From a bacterium (lineage in GTDB: Bacteria; Patescibacteriota; Patescibacteriia; UBA10025): a stretch of 64,000 bases of DNA. The DNA is taken from positions 3,447 through 67,446 of the forward strand of contig JAKAGM010000001.1 in NCBI GenBank assembly GCA_021815445.1. Reading direction: 5' to 3'. Below, one piece after another: positions 1 through 10,208 of the stretch. Position 1 is the stretch's first letter. Each line of letters starts with the position of its first letter. Made by a program: the position numbers and the translations under genes. The notes beneath the pieces were generated by a model, which was not told the origin of the DNA, made no database searches, and was given only the letters and a program-made list of their open reading frames with translations.

Positions 1-52
1 AAGACATGCAGACTCAGATTTTGTTCAGTTAGCGGATAAGAATCATGCCCGT

Positions 53-718
53 ATGACAAAAAAAGAAAAAATCATACTTCTCATCCTGGTAGGCGTTACG
101 ATTGTCGCGGCAGCTGTGTTCGTAGGAATCTACAAATATAACCTCGGCGGACTCATACATACCGCTCCCGGAAATAGCAACCGGAACACAGCGAGGATGC
201 CACTGCCTGAATCGAGAACAATCACCCCGCAAGACCGCAAGGATCTCGGCTTGGCGGAAGGTATTGACGGGGTGATCAAGTATGCGTATAAACCGGATGG
301 CAGTGTGATGTCGTACGTGGAGATTACCAAAGATACGCGGCCGGCTGATGACGACGGCGACGGTCTCTCCAACGATCTGGAAGCTAAGCTGGGCACCGAC
401 CCGAAGAACCCGGATACTGATCGCGATGGACTGCTTGATGGCGATGAAGTCAGGATCGGTACCAACCCGAAGAAAGTGGATACCGACGGAGATAAAGTGA
501 ACGACGGAACGGAAGTAAAATATTGTCTCGACCCGCTGAAGCTCGATACTCTGGGAAACGGGAAAGGGGATGCGGCGAACCTGAAGGCTCACCCGGAAGG
601 GTTTTGCAGTACGGCCGCGTCGCCTACAAATTCTGCCACGAATAGTGACAGCAACGCCAGGGTATTTATTGAGAACGTCAATTCCACACCGAGCGTTCAA
701 ACTAACTCGGCGCAGTGA
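53..718 (+). CDS. Membrane-anchored protein with thrombospondin type-3-like Ca-binding repeats (DxDxDGxxDxxE)
   Basis: N-terminal TM helix; repeated D-x-D-x-D-G-L-x-D-x-x-E motifs (DDDGDGLSNDLEAKLGTDPKNPDTDRDGLLDGDEV...). Function unknown. Confidence 0.55.
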   Translation: MTKKEKIILLILVGVTIVAAAVFVGIYKYNLGGLIHTAPGNSNRNTARMPLPESRTITPQDRKDLGLAEGIDGVIKYAYKPDGSVMSYVEITKDTRPADDDGDGLSNDLEAKLGTDPKNPDTDRDGLLDGDEVRIGTNPKKVDTDGDKVNDGTEVKYCLDPLKLDTLGNGKGDAANLKAHPEGFCSTAASPTNSATNSDSNARVFIENVNSTPSVQTNSAQ

Positions 719-745
719 TGCATAAGTATGCTATACTGATTCATT

Positions 746-1351
746 ATGGCTGACAAAAACAATATCCACCCCGAAGATATATTTGGAGGGCAAGAAAAGC
801 CGGCGCCTCTGGGGGACGTCGTCCAAAGGAGCGCCCGAAGGACAGCAATCGGGACACAACCGCCTCAAAGAGCGCCGTTGTTGCCGCAGGCGGACAACGT
901 ACCGCCAAACAGGAAATTCATTTACCTCGGGGCCGGTGTCGGGATAATCGTGCTCGTCGCGCTTGCGGTATATTATGTTACGGCGAAACCGTTCGCAAAT
1001 AAAAATGCTCCGGCAAATACGAATTCCGCCACGCCGGCCGAGACGACGATCCTGCCCTCGAAAGTTACCCCTCCCGTCAATGTGGCGCAGGCAGATACCG
1101 ACAAGGACGGGCTTACAGACCAAGAGGAGGCTCAGTTGGGCACGGATCCCAAGAATCCTGACACCGATGGCGACGGATTGTCAGATCATGATGAAGTGAA
1201 AATTTATCACACCAACCCTCTGAAAAAAGACACCGACGGTGACGGCGTCAGCGACGGGGATGAGGTGAGGCAAGGCACAAATCCCAACGGCCCCGGACTC
1301 TTACGCGACCTCCAAAAAGGGATACAGGGAATTTCAAACATCGCCCAGTAA
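746..1351 (+). CDS. Second tandem paralog of the TSP3-repeat membrane-anchored protein
   Basis: TM anchor (GAGVGIIVLVALAVYYV) plus repeated DTDKDGLTDQEE / DTDGDGLSDHDE / DTDGDGVSDGDE motifs. Confidence 0.55.
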   Translation: MADKNNIHPEDIFGGQEKPAPLGDVVQRSARRTAIGTQPPQRAPLLPQADNVPPNRKFIYLGAGVGIIVLVALAVYYVTAKPFANKNAPANTNSATPAETTILPSKVTPPVNVAQADTDKDGLTDQEEAQLGTDPKNPDTDGDGLSDHDEVKIYHTNPLKKDTDGDGVSDGDEVRQGTNPNGPGLLRDLQKGIQGISNIAQ

Positions 1352-1363
1352 CGCCAAACGAAT

Positions 1364-2494
1364 ATGCCGGATGACACCATGCCCCCGCAAAATAACCAAC
1401 CCGCGTTTCACGCGATGCCTGAGAAGTATTATCTCGGCAAACAGCCAAAGGCAAAATCAAAGCGGCTGCTGGTTACGGTAATCGTGCTGGTAGTCATTGC
1501 GCTCGGGTTAGGAGTCGCGTATTTCTTTACCCGAGGGATGAATAATGGTCGCACAACGAATATAACAGCCAACTCTCTCTCGCCCGTGAATCAGGCAACC
1601 CTTAATCGGAATGCGAATAGGAACATAAATGCTCTGGCGCCGGCAAACGCAAATCTCAATACAAACACTTTGACTTTCCTGAACACCAATAGTACTCAGC
1701 TCAACACCCAGCCGACCAACACCGCGGGGCCTGTTATCAATACTGTGACCAATTCATTGTTTTCCACAAATACGAACACCGCTACGATAACCAACGTCGC
1801 CCGCCTTGCGGATTCGGTAGACACCGACCATGACGGGCTGACTGATGTGGAGGAGCTTCTCTATGGGACAAACAAAAACCTTGCCGATACCGATGGTGAC
1901 GGTTACTCGGATGGTGTCGAAGTCGCCGGAGGCTACAATCCCCGCAGCGCCGGCCTTATCATCTCTACAAATCTGGTAAAAGAATACGTCCATCCCATGT
2001 TCGGTTATAAGATACTCTTCCCGTCGACCTGGATCCAGAATCCGAATCCGCAAACATCGAACGGGGTCATTTTTTCAACGTCTACAGGCGAGTTTGTGGG
2101 AATAGATGTCGAAAATAATACAGCAAAGCTTTCTGCACGAGACTGGTATCTCAAAGCTTCCCCCGGAATAGATTTGCGCTCGGTCACCACTATCCAAAAT
2201 ACTGCGAAAACGCTCGAAGGAGTCCTGAGCCTTGACGGGCAGACGGCATACTATACGGCAGGGGAACGCGCGTATATCATTTCGTACAATACCAATCTTT
2301 TGAGTACGATAAATTTTCGGACGACATTTGAGATGATGTATAAAAGCTTTTCCCTGACTCCCGTAGTCCTCACGAACACAAACTCCGGCGCGAACACGAA
2401 TGCTGGTACTGCAAATACAAACTCAAGCCTCAATTCAAACGCAAATACCAACAGCAGCACGCCGACAAACGTCTCGACCAACACGGGATATTAA
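1364..2494 (+). CDS. Third tandem paralog: TM anchor, N/T-rich low-complexity linker, TSP3-like repeats, extra C-terminal domain
   Basis: TM helix (LLVTVIVLVVIALGLGVAYFF), Asn/Thr-rich linker, DTDHDGLTDVEE / DTDGDGYSDGVE repeats, about 150 aa globular C-terminal part. Confidence 0.5.
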   Translation: MPDDTMPPQNNQPAFHAMPEKYYLGKQPKAKSKRLLVTVIVLVVIALGLGVAYFFTRGMNNGRTTNITANSLSPVNQATLNRNANRNINALAPANANLNTNTLTFLNTNSTQLNTQPTNTAGPVINTVTNSLFSTNTNTATITNVARLADSVDTDHDGLTDVEELLYGTNKNLADTDGDGYSDGVEVAGGYNPRSAGLIISTNLVKEYVHPMFGYKILFPSTWIQNPNPQTSNGVIFSTSTGEFVGIDVENNTAKLSARDWYLKASPGIDLRSVTTIQNTAKTLEGVLSLDGQTAYYTAGERAYIISYNTNLLSTINFRTTFEMMYKSFSLTPVVLTNTNSGANTNAGTANTNSSLNSNANTNSSTPTNVSTNTGY

Positions 2495-2507
2495 CGCGAA
2501 AGGCGGT

Positions 2508-2981
2508 ATGCTCGATATAGCGTTTCGCTCAGTACATGGTGTTCGCGGCCCGCGTGAGGCTGTTACCGGAGTGCTGGGATGCGCAGCGCGGGTACCTCTG
2601 GTCAGGAAAAAACTTACACAAAGAACTCAGAACAGTGTCACGGTTATTTTTTGCGGGATATCCACAATTCGCGCATTGAACTTCCGTTATCGCAACGTGC
2701 GGAAACCTACCGATGTTCTGTCATTCTCATACCCGTTTTCGCGCCGAGATTCCCAGCATGGAGATTCAGTATTCCTTGGCGAGATATTTATCTGTGTCCC
2801 GATTGCCCGTCGGCAGGCTCGTGAATACGGACATTCCATGCGCGCGGAGATTGAGTTGTTGGTTGTGCATGGTTTATTACACATTCTTGGCTTTGATCAT
2901 ACCACTCGATCCGGGGCCCGGAAGATGAGGATAATCGAGAATAAAATTCTCCGGCGGACTGTTTCGAGAACCGAACATTAG
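2508..2981 (+). CDS. ybeY: Endoribonuclease YbeY (rRNA maturation factor)
   Basis: Zinc-binding signature HGLLHILGFDH (H-x3-H-x5-H) near the C-terminus; about 157 aa. I place the start at the internal ATG at 2508 because the longer ORF overlaps the upstream gene. Confidence 0.85.
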   Translation: MLDIAFRSVHGVRGPREAVTGVLGCAARVPLVRKKLTQRTQNSVTVIFCGISTIRALNFRYRNVRKPTDVLSFSYPFSRRDSQHGDSVFLGEIFICVPIARRQAREYGHSMRAEIELLVVHGLLHILGFDHTTRSGARKMRIIENKILRRTVSRTEH

Positions 2982-3042
2982 GCCCAAGGGTTTGGGGAAA
3001 CGGTTTTCCTCGATGCTATGTACGTTTTGATATCATAATCGT

Positions 3043-3402
3043 ATGTTCCAATTCCAAAAACTGATCAAAAGTTTCCGCTACGCGTTTCGCGGTCTTTGGT
3101 ACGTGACAAAGCACGAACAGAGTTTCAGGCTGCACCTTATTGCCGCAGCTGTCGTTGTGTTTCTTATGCTGTATTTTCATATCACCATTAAAGAAGCCGT
3201 CATCCTGTCGCTCGTTATAGCTGCTGTCCTGGTTTTGGAGCTCATTAACACCATTTTTGAGAGCCTCGTTGATATGCTCCAGCCGAGGATTCATCATCTT
3301 GCCGAAGTAATAAAGAATATCATGGCGGCCACTGTCCTCATAGCCTCACTTGGAGCGCTCATTATAGGCATTCTCATCTTCGCTCCGTATGTTTTCCATT
3401 AG
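3043..3402 (+). CDS. dgkA: Diacylglycerol / undecaprenol kinase family (DgkA)
   Basis: 119-aa protein with 3 TM helices, ELINT(I)FE motif, classic ybeY-dgkA adjacency. Confidence 0.7.
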   Translation: MFQFQKLIKSFRYAFRGLWYVTKHEQSFRLHLIAAAVVVFLMLYFHITIKEAVILSLVIAAVLVLELINTIFESLVDMLQPRIHHLAEVIKNIMAATVLIASLGALIIGILIFAPYVFH

Positions 3403-3533
3403 TATTCGATCACGAGTATGGCCACTCCGACGCTGAACACAAAATCTGGACACCCGTGCCGCCGTTGCGCGCTTTTGCATATTCATTTATACTGTTAGAT
3501 ATCAACATCTGTGCGTATTAAAGCATTCAGACT

Positions 3534-4784
3534 ATGCCACGAGACGAAATAATTACCGGTCTTGATATCGGTTCGATGACTATCCGGGTAGCAATGGGCC
3601 AGCTCGATCCCACGGGGCAGGGCATCCAGATTCTTGGGGCCTCAGAGGCCCAGGCTGACGGCCTGAGCAAAGGAGCAGTTACGAGCATCGAGGATGCGGT
3701 GTCATCTGTCTCAAAAGCTCTAGAGGATGTCGAGCGCATGACGGGCATCCCCGTCGAGAATGCGTTTGTCGGCATTGGCGGAACGCACATTTCAGCGCAG
3801 GAAAGTCATGGCGTTGTTGCGGTTTCCAAAGCCGACGGTGAGATCAAGGAGGAAGATGTTGAGCGTGTCGTCGAAGCGGCGCAAACCGTGGCGACTCCGC
3901 CGAATTACGAGATACTGCACGTGCTCCCGCGAAGCTTCATCGTCGATAACCAAAAGGGGATCAAGGATCCCATCGGTATGACCGGCATCCGACTTGAAGT
4001 CGATGCGCAGATCATTCAGGGGCTCTCGTCACAGATCAAAAATCTTACCAAGTGTGTTTACCGTACCGGCGTCGATATTAACGATGTAGTCGTCGGCGTA
4101 CTCGCGGCGTCGGAATCTGTACTGACCAAACGCCAAAAGGAGCTCGGTGTGGCGCTCGTAAACCTTGGGGGCTCCACGACGAGCGTTTTGGTTTTTGAGG
4201 AGGGCGACGTCATCCACGCGGCGATCCTGCCTGTCGGCGCGTCACATATCACCAATGACATTGCTATAGGACTGCGTACGTCCATAGATGTCGCTGAAAA
4301 AATAAAGCTCGAATACGGTACGGCAATTCCCGGAGATGTAGCCAAACGCGACGAGATCCGTCTCGAGGATATTAGCCAGCAGGAGACTGGTGTCGTCGAG
4401 CGCAAACACGTTGCCGAAATCATCGAGGCACGCTGTGAAGAGATTTTTAAGCTTATTGAAAAAGAACTTGTGAAGGTCGACAGGTCGGGTCTGCTGCCTG
4501 CAGGGGTGGTCCTCACGGGCGGCGGTGCGAAACTTCCCGGGCTTGTCGACATAGCCAAACGCGAATTCAGGCTCCCGGCTGTCGTCGGATTCCCCCAGAA
4601 CATCGCCCACACTCCTGTCGATAAGATCAATGACCCCGCGTGGTCGACTGCCGTAGGGCTTGTCGTCTGGGGAGCTTCGCTCTCCGCCAAGCACAGCGGA
4701 ACCGGATCGTCTCTTCCCCGGTTTTCTTCCGTTGCAGATGTCACCGGAAAGATGCGGAAGTGGTTCAAATCCCTTATCCCCTAA
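3534..4784 (+). CDS. ftsA: Cell division protein FtsA
   Basis: Actin-like ATPase fold motifs ([26 protein letters not shown]); lies immediately upstream of ftsZ. Confidence 0.9.
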   Translation: MPRDEIITGLDIGSMTIRVAMGQLDPTGQGIQILGASEAQADGLSKGAVTSIEDAVSSVSKALEDVERMTGIPVENAFVGIGGTHISAQESHGVVAVSKADGEIKEEDVERVVEAAQTVATPPNYEILHVLPRSFIVDNQKGIKDPIGMTGIRLEVDAQIIQGLSSQIKNLTKCVYRTGVDINDVVVGVLAASESVLTKRQKELGVALVNLGGSTTSVLVFEEGDVIHAAILPVGASHITNDIAIGLRTSIDVAEKIKLEYGTAIPGDVAKRDEIRLEDISQQETGVVERKHVAEIIEARCEEIFKLIEKELVKVDRSGLLPAGVVLTGGGAKLPGLVDIAKREFRLPAVVGFPQNIAHTPVDKINDPAWSTAVGLVVWGASLSAKHSGTGSSLPRFSSVADVTGKMRKWFKSLIP

Positions 4785-4801
4785 AAATCCATACTGCACG
4801 T

Positions 4802-5977
4802 ATGAAAAGTCGTCTTAACGGAGGAACGAATGTGGAAATAAAACCTGACATAGAAACATTTGCCAAAATCAAGGTGATTGGCGTTGGCGGATCCGGTGGC
4901 GCGGCTATCGACCGCATGATTTCAGAAAAAATTCGCGGCGTTGATTTTATCGCCGTTAATACTGATGCGCAGGCGCTCCATCATTCCCGGGCCCCCCATC
5001 GCATCCACATTGGCAAGATGACGACAAAAGGCCTCGGTGCTGGTATGGATCCTGAGGTTGGGGCGAAGGCGGCCGAAGAGAGCAGGGACGAGATCCATGA
5101 GGCGTTAAAGGGCGCTGACATGGTATTTATCACCTGCGGTTTGGGCGGGGGCACGGGCACGGGCGCCGCTCCGGTGATTTCAGATATCGCCAAAGAGGTC
5201 GGCGCGCTGACAGTCGCCGTTGTCACCAAACCGTTCGCTTTCGAAGGCGCCCAGCGCAAGTCGATTGCGGAATCAGGCTATCATGAACTCTCAGACCGCG
5301 TGGACACGATCATCATGATACCCAACGACAGAATCCTCCAGATTGTGGACAAAAAGACATCCTTGCTCGAGGCGTTCGGGACAGTTGACGATGTGCTTCG
5401 CCAGGGTGTGCAGGGGATTTCCGAGCTTATCACTATCCCCGGCCTCATAAACGTTGACTTTGCAGATGTGAAATCAATCATGGAAGGGGCAGGTTCAGCG
5501 CTCATGGGCATCGGCCGCGGGACAGGGGAGAACAGGGCAGTGGAAGCTGCGAAGGCGGCAATTGACAGCCCGTTGCTCGAGCTCTCTATCGACGGCGCAA
5601 AAGGCATTCTCTTTACCGTTACCGGCGGGCCTAACTTGGGCATGTATGAGGTCAACGAAGCGGCCCGCGTTATTACCGGATCCGCAGATCCGAACGCGCG
5701 AGTTATCTTTGGCACGATTATCGACGAGGATATGAAGGATGAAATCAAGATAACAGTCATTGCGGCCGGTTTTGGCGAACGAAGTAAGACGAAACGCATC
5801 ACCCCTCAAGTATCAATGCAGGAACGAAGGCCGGAAATGCCCGCCCCGCAACCCCGACCGGTCCAGTCAACTCCTCGCGTCATGCCTCCTGTCCGGCCTA
5901 AGACTCCAGAGCAGCAAAAGACGGCCCAGGAAGAAGAGCTTGAGATCCCCGCGTTCATACGGAAGAAAATGATGTAA
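4802..5977 (+). CDS. ftsZ: Cell division GTPase FtsZ
   Basis: Tubulin signature [12 protein letters not shown] and N-terminal [17 protein letters not shown]. The start is taken at the internal ATG at 4802; the longer ORF would overlap ftsA. Confidence 0.95.
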   Translation: MKSRLNGGTNVEIKPDIETFAKIKVIGVGGSGGAAIDRMISEKIRGVDFIAVNTDAQALHHSRAPHRIHIGKMTTKGLGAGMDPEVGAKAAEESRDEIHEALKGADMVFITCGLGGGTGTGAAPVISDIAKEVGALTVAVVTKPFAFEGAQRKSIAESGYHELSDRVDTIIMIPNDRILQIVDKKTSLLEAFGTVDDVLRQGVQGISELITIPGLINVDFADVKSIMEGAGSALMGIGRGTGENRAVEAAKAAIDSPLLELSIDGAKGILFTVTGGPNLGMYEVNEAARVITGSADPNARVIFGTIIDEDMKDEIKITVIAAGFGERSKTKRITPQVSMQERRPEMPAPQPRPVQSTPRVMPPVRPKTPEQQKTAQEEELEIPAFIRKKMM

Positions 5978-6472
5978 AACCGGAACATTCGACAGCTTTC
6001 ACACATGCACTCCCAACCCGAGAGTGCATTTTGGTAAGCCGACTTTTCCACAAGCAAAGGTGGCGCGATGCGTTTGCAGAGGATCTATCGACAGAGTATC
6101 CTTATTTTATGTAAATATTTTACAGAATATTTTTTTTACTTTACGATGTACATTGCTACCTCATCATCCGATATGCATGGGAGGTTGTCGGCACTCTTTG
6201 CTGTCTGCCTGGATGCTCGGACGACGGCGAAGTGCCTTGGCGGTTCATCTGTTTTCTTCATGTTTCTTGATATAGACCGCCGGAACTCTCCAGGCATCCG
6301 CCCGATAATCAGGAGGCAGGTTTTTATCTCTGCAAAATGCCTCTACAGGGTCCTTGAGCTCCCGAAATGCAGTTATCCACAGACTTTTTGTCTTCAGTAA
6401 AGCAGGAATCTTTTTTCCGACACTTATTTCTTCCAAGAGGTTAGCGCAAAAAGTTTAATAGACCCCAAAATG

Positions 6473-6500
6473 TTGACAAATCTATATATAGTAGTATAAT
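6473..6500 (+). promoter_or_regulatory. Sigma70-like promoter TTGACA-16-TATAAT upstream of nrdR
   Basis: TTGACA at 6473-6478 and TATAAT at 6495-6500, about 40 bp upstream of the nrdR ATG. Confidence 0.45.
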
Positions 6501-6526
6501 GACAGTTAGGGTACTAGATATTGTAC
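6482..6526 (+). promoter_or_regulatory. Two tandem NrdR-box-like palindromes (CTATATATAG; GTACTAGATATTGTAC), centres about 32 bp apart
   Basis: AT-rich 10-16 bp palindromes resembling the NrdR box (acaCwAtATaTwGtgt), with the typical roughly 3-helical-turn tandem spacing. The first sits inside the promoter spacer. Confidence 0.35.
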
Positions 6527-6538
6527 TAAAATCCGATT

Positions 6539-6988
6539 ATGAATTGCTTATCCTGCGGCAAAGAAGACACGAAGGTCACTGATTCACGGGTAGTAAACGA
6601 TGGAATGGCGATTCGGAGACGTCGAGAATGCCAAAAATGCGGTTTCCGGTTCTCTACCTACGAAGAAGTTGAAATTTTAAATCTTTCAGTGGTCAAAAGG
6701 GACGGGGTCCATGAGCCCTATTCACGCGAGAAGGTTGAGCGCGGACTCAAAAAAGCTCTCGAGAAACGGCCGATAACGCAAGAGAAGTTCCGCATGCTCA
6801 TTGCAAACATTGAGCGGGATATTCAGACCGAGGCGAAATCCGACGAGGTGACCAGCAGCCAGATCGGCGAGATTATCATGCGCCATCTCAAAAAAGCCGA
6901 TAAGGTCGCATATATCAGGTTCGCGTCAGTGTATAAATCTTTTGAGGATATCGATTCTTTTAAACAAGAAATTAAAAAAATCACTTAA
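6539..6988 (+). CDS. nrdR: Transcriptional repressor NrdR
   Basis: N-terminal zinc ribbon (CLSCG...CQKCG) plus an ATP-cone domain; directly precedes the ribonucleotide reductase gene. Confidence 0.9.
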   Translation: MNCLSCGKEDTKVTDSRVVNDGMAIRRRRECQKCGFRFSTYEEVEILNLSVVKRDGVHEPYSREKVERGLKKALEKRPITQEKFRMLIANIERDIQTEAKSDEVTSSQIGEIIMRHLKKADKVAYIRFASVYKSFEDIDSFKQEIKKIT

Positions 6989-6999
6989 AAACCATCTTT

Positions 7000-9777
7000 A
7001 TGTCCTCTTCCGACGTATCTCCTACCCAAACAAAGGTTAAGGAGTCGGTGAGTGTGCTGACTCAAGAGCAGACTGCGGGGGCCGCGCACGCACGCGAAGG
7101 ACTCCATATGGATTATTTTTTTTCCCGCAAGGGTGTGCACCCCTATGATGAGATCGAATGGGAACTGCGCGAAGCCAAGATTGTCGGAAGCGACGGGAAA
7201 GTCGTTTTTGAGCAAAAAGATGTTGAATTGCCTAAGACGTGGTCGCAGCTTGCGACGAATGTTGTCGTATCCAAATATTTTCGCGGCAGGCTCGGGAGTC
7301 CCGAGCGCGAAACAAGCGTCAAGCAGATGGTATCGAGGGTAGCCGATACGATTGCCGCATGGGGGAAAGCAGGAGGCTATTTCGCCAGCGACGAGGACGC
7401 GGAGACTTTCCGCATGGAGCTTACGCATCTTCTCGTCTATCAAAAAGCGGCGTTTAACAGTCCCGTGTGGTTTAATGTCGGGGTCAAGGAACATCCGCAA
7501 TGTTCGGCCTGCTTTATCCTCTCCGTCCAGGATTCCATGGAGTCTATTTTAGATTGGATCAGGAAAGAAGGACTCATCTTTAAGGGCGGGTCCGGATCAG
7601 GCGTCAACCTCTCGACGCTCCGGTCATCGCGGGAACAGCTGTCCGGCGGCGGGTACGCGTCCGGTCCGGTCTCGTTCATGCGCGGCGCCGATGCTTCGGC
7701 CGGTTCCATAAAATCCGGCGGCACGACGCGCAGGGCGGCCAAGATGGTTATCCTCAATGTCGACCACCCCGATATCATTGAATTCATACATTGCAAAGAG
7801 GTCGAGGAAAAGAAGGCGTGGGCGCTCGGCGAACAGGGATACGATATGTCGATGAACGGTGAGGCGTGGAAGTCCATCCAATTCCAGAATGCCAACAATT
7901 CAGTGCGCGCGACGGATGAATTCATGCAGGCTGTTGAGAATGACGGTCTCTTTTCTACCCGCTCGGTAGGCAGCCACAACCCCGTAGACCAATACCGTGC
8001 CCGCGACATCCTGCGGCAGATATCCGAGGCGACCTGGGTATGCGGCGATCCCGGTTTGCAGTACGACACTACGATCAATGCGTGGCACACCTGTCCCAAT
8101 ACGGGCAGGATTAACGCCTCGAATCCGTGTTCAGAGTACATGCACCTCGATAATTCAGCGTGCAACCTCTCCTCAATCAACCTGATGAAATTCCTCAAGG
8201 ACGATGATTCTTTCGATGTCGGGGGGTACAAACGGGCGATAGATATCATGATTCTCGCGCAGGAAATACTCGTAGGATTTTCGAGCTATCCGACGGAGGA
8301 AATCTCGCGGAATGCCCATGATTACCGGGAGCTCGGTCTGGGATACGCGAACCTCGGCGCTCTTCTAATGTCATGGGGCCTGCCGTATGATTCAGACGCG
8401 GGCCGCGCGGTGTCTGCGGCTCTCACGGCGTTTCTTACCGGTGAAGCGTATGCGGAATCGGCGCGAGTAGCCGCTGTCGTCGGGCCTTTTGCCGGATACG
8501 AGAAAAATCGCGAGCCCATGCTCAATGTTATCGCAAAACACAAATTTCACCTGGATGATATCAACCGGCACTACGTCCCGGCTGAACTTTTTGCCGCCGC
8601 TGAAACCTCATGGACAGACGCACTGGAGCTTGGCAAGCACAACGGATTCAGAAACTCACAGACGACTGTCCTTGCCCCCACCGGAACGATCAGCTTCCTG
8701 ATGGATTGTGATACGACAGGCATCGAGCCCGACATAGCCCTGGTCAAATACAAGAATCTTGTCGGCGGCGGCGTCATGAAGATTGTCAACCACTCGGTGC
8801 CTCGCGCCCTGCACAGGCTCGGGTACAGCCAGGACCAGGTCGACGCTATCATAAGGTACGTCGACGACAAGGGGACTATCGAAGGAGCTCCGGAACTGAA
8901 AGAGGAACATCTCTCAGTTTTCGACTGCGCGTTCAAACCGGCGAATGGCGTCCGCTTCATCCACTACATGGGCCATATCAGGATGATGGGAGCCGCGCAA
9001 CCGTTTATCTCCGGGGCCATCTCAAAGACGGTAAACCTGCCGAAAGAAGCGACTGTCGATGATATTTCCACTGCGTATACCGAAGGGTGGAAGCAAGGCC
9101 TCAAAGCGCTCGCCATTTATCGCGACGGTTCCAAGCGCACGCAACCGCTCTCGACGGCCGATGATGATACGACCCAAAAGACGCGTGAGACAAAGCAAAA
9201 GTCATTGCGCAGACGGCTGCCGGACGAGCGCAAATCCATCACCCACAAATTCTCCGTCGGCGGCCATGAGGGGTACATCACCGCCGGGCTCTATGACGAC
9301 GGTACGCCCGGAGAAGTGTTCATTACCATGGCGAAAGAAGGCTCGACAATATCGGGGCTCATGGATGCCTTTGCTACCTCAATCTCCATCGGCCTCCAGT
9401 ACGGCGTCCCGCTCAAGACGATGGTCAATAAGTTTTCCCACATGAGGTTCGAGCCCTCAGGATTTACCGGTAACGCTGATATTCCGATAGCAAAGTCGAT
9501 TGTCGATTACATCTTCCGCTGGATGGGCAGGAAATTCCTCCCCCAGGAGGAGCAGGCGGAGGCGACAAAAGAAGCTGTCAAACCGATTGTCGAGAATGGC
9601 AATCATGACAGTGTAAAAGCAGAGACAGCGCCATCTGTTCCGTCCGCGTTCCAGCAAAAGATAACGTTCACCAACCAGGAGGACGCGCCTGCATGCCAGA
9701 CCTGCGGATCAATCATGGTCCGCAACGCGGCCTGCTACAAATGCACCAACTGCGGCGCTACAAGCGGGTGCAGCTAA
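7000..9777 (+). CDS. nrdJ: Class II adenosylcobalamin-dependent ribonucleoside-triphosphate/diphosphate reductase (NrdJ)
   Basis: 925-aa monomeric RNR with motifs NPCSEYMHL, SACNLSSINL and ATDEFMQAVENDG, and a C-terminal CxxC...CxxC zinc ribbon. Confidence 0.9.
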   Translation: MSSSDVSPTQTKVKESVSVLTQEQTAGAAHAREGLHMDYFFSRKGVHPYDEIEWELREAKIVGSDGKVVFEQKDVELPKTWSQLATNVVVSKYFRGRLGSPERETSVKQMVSRVADTIAAWGKAGGYFASDEDAETFRMELTHLLVYQKAAFNSPVWFNVGVKEHPQCSACFILSVQDSMESILDWIRKEGLIFKGGSGSGVNLSTLRSSREQLSGGGYASGPVSFMRGADASAGSIKSGGTTRRAAKMVILNVDHPDIIEFIHCKEVEEKKAWALGEQGYDMSMNGEAWKSIQFQNANNSVRATDEFMQAVENDGLFSTRSVGSHNPVDQYRARDILRQISEATWVCGDPGLQYDTTINAWHTCPNTGRINASNPCSEYMHLDNSACNLSSINLMKFLKDDDSFDVGGYKRAIDIMILAQEILVGFSSYPTEEISRNAHDYRELGLGYANLGALLMSWGLPYDSDAGRAVSAALTAFLTGEAYAESARVAAVVGPFAGYEKNREPMLNVIAKHKFHLDDINRHYVPAELFAAAETSWTDALELGKHNGFRNSQTTVLAPTGTISFLMDCDTTGIEPDIALVKYKNLVGGGVMKIVNHSVPRALHRLGYSQDQVDAIIRYVDDKGTIEGAPELKEEHLSVFDCAFKPANGVRFIHYMGHIRMMGAAQPFISGAISKTVNLPKEATVDDISTAYTEGWKQGLKALAIYRDGSKRTQPLSTADDDTTQKTRETKQKSLRRRLPDERKSITHKFSVGGHEGYITAGLYDDGTPGEVFITMAKEGSTISGLMDAFATSISIGLQYGVPLKTMVNKFSHMRFEPSGFTGNADIPIAKSIVDYIFRWMGRKFLPQEEQAEATKEAVKPIVENGNHDSVKAETAPSVPSAFQQKITFTNQEDAPACQTCGSIMVRNAACYKCTNCGATSGCS

Positions 9778-9926
9778 AAGCCGGATTAAAGGCGTAGTGG
9801 CAGACCTGCCCGCCGTATGAGACTACGGCAAGCGGGGCTTGCTCTGCGGCATGATTTTAAGAAACAATCCCAAAAAGCCCCGGAAGCAGTCACGCATCGG
9901 GACTTTTTGAATCATCCGGCGAAATA

Positions 9927-10073
9927 TTATACTTCTTCCGCTGGAGCCGCTTTATCCGACCTGAGTTTATTGAGTTCGCTGCGCATTTTTGCGAGCGATT
10001 CCATCAGTCCCTCGAGGCCGAGATCAACATCTGCGGCTCTGAGGTTTGACAGATGATCCTTGAGTTCTTCCAT
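9927..10073 (-). CDS. Possible small ORF (48 aa, MEELKDHLSNLRAADVDLGLEGLMESLAKMRSELNKLRSDKAAPAEEV)
   Basis: Uninterrupted ATG-to-TAA frame on the minus strand in the nrdJ/HD intergenic region, with helical, coiled-coil-like composition. It is below the 60-aa cutoff of the ORF track. Speculative. Confidence 0.2.
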   Translation of the reverse strand: MEELKDHLSNLRAADVDLGLEGLMESLAKMRSELNKLRSDKAAPAEEV

Positions 10074-10208
10074 ATTTTTCGGTGTTTTTTACCTGTGAAT
10101 TAAACAGGCCAGTGTAGCAGAAATTGAAGTATTGTCAAGGGCCGCCTTTGCATTTACCGCCCGGGTGCAGTATCCTGAATCTTACCGGGCATTAAACGCA
10201 CGATACCT

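Noticed and set aside
29-700. 223-aa minus-strand ORF overlapping the first TSP3-repeat gene
   Set aside because: It lies antisense to a gene with clear repeat/motif structure. GC-rich repetitive coding sequence commonly yields long antisense frames. The product has no motifs and is Arg-rich, the typical antisense-frame composition.
4058-4799. Two long minus-strand ORFs (236 and 185 aa) inside ftsA/ftsZ
   Set aside because: They are antisense to strongly supported ftsA and ftsZ. The products are Ser/Pro/Arg-rich low-complexity artefacts.
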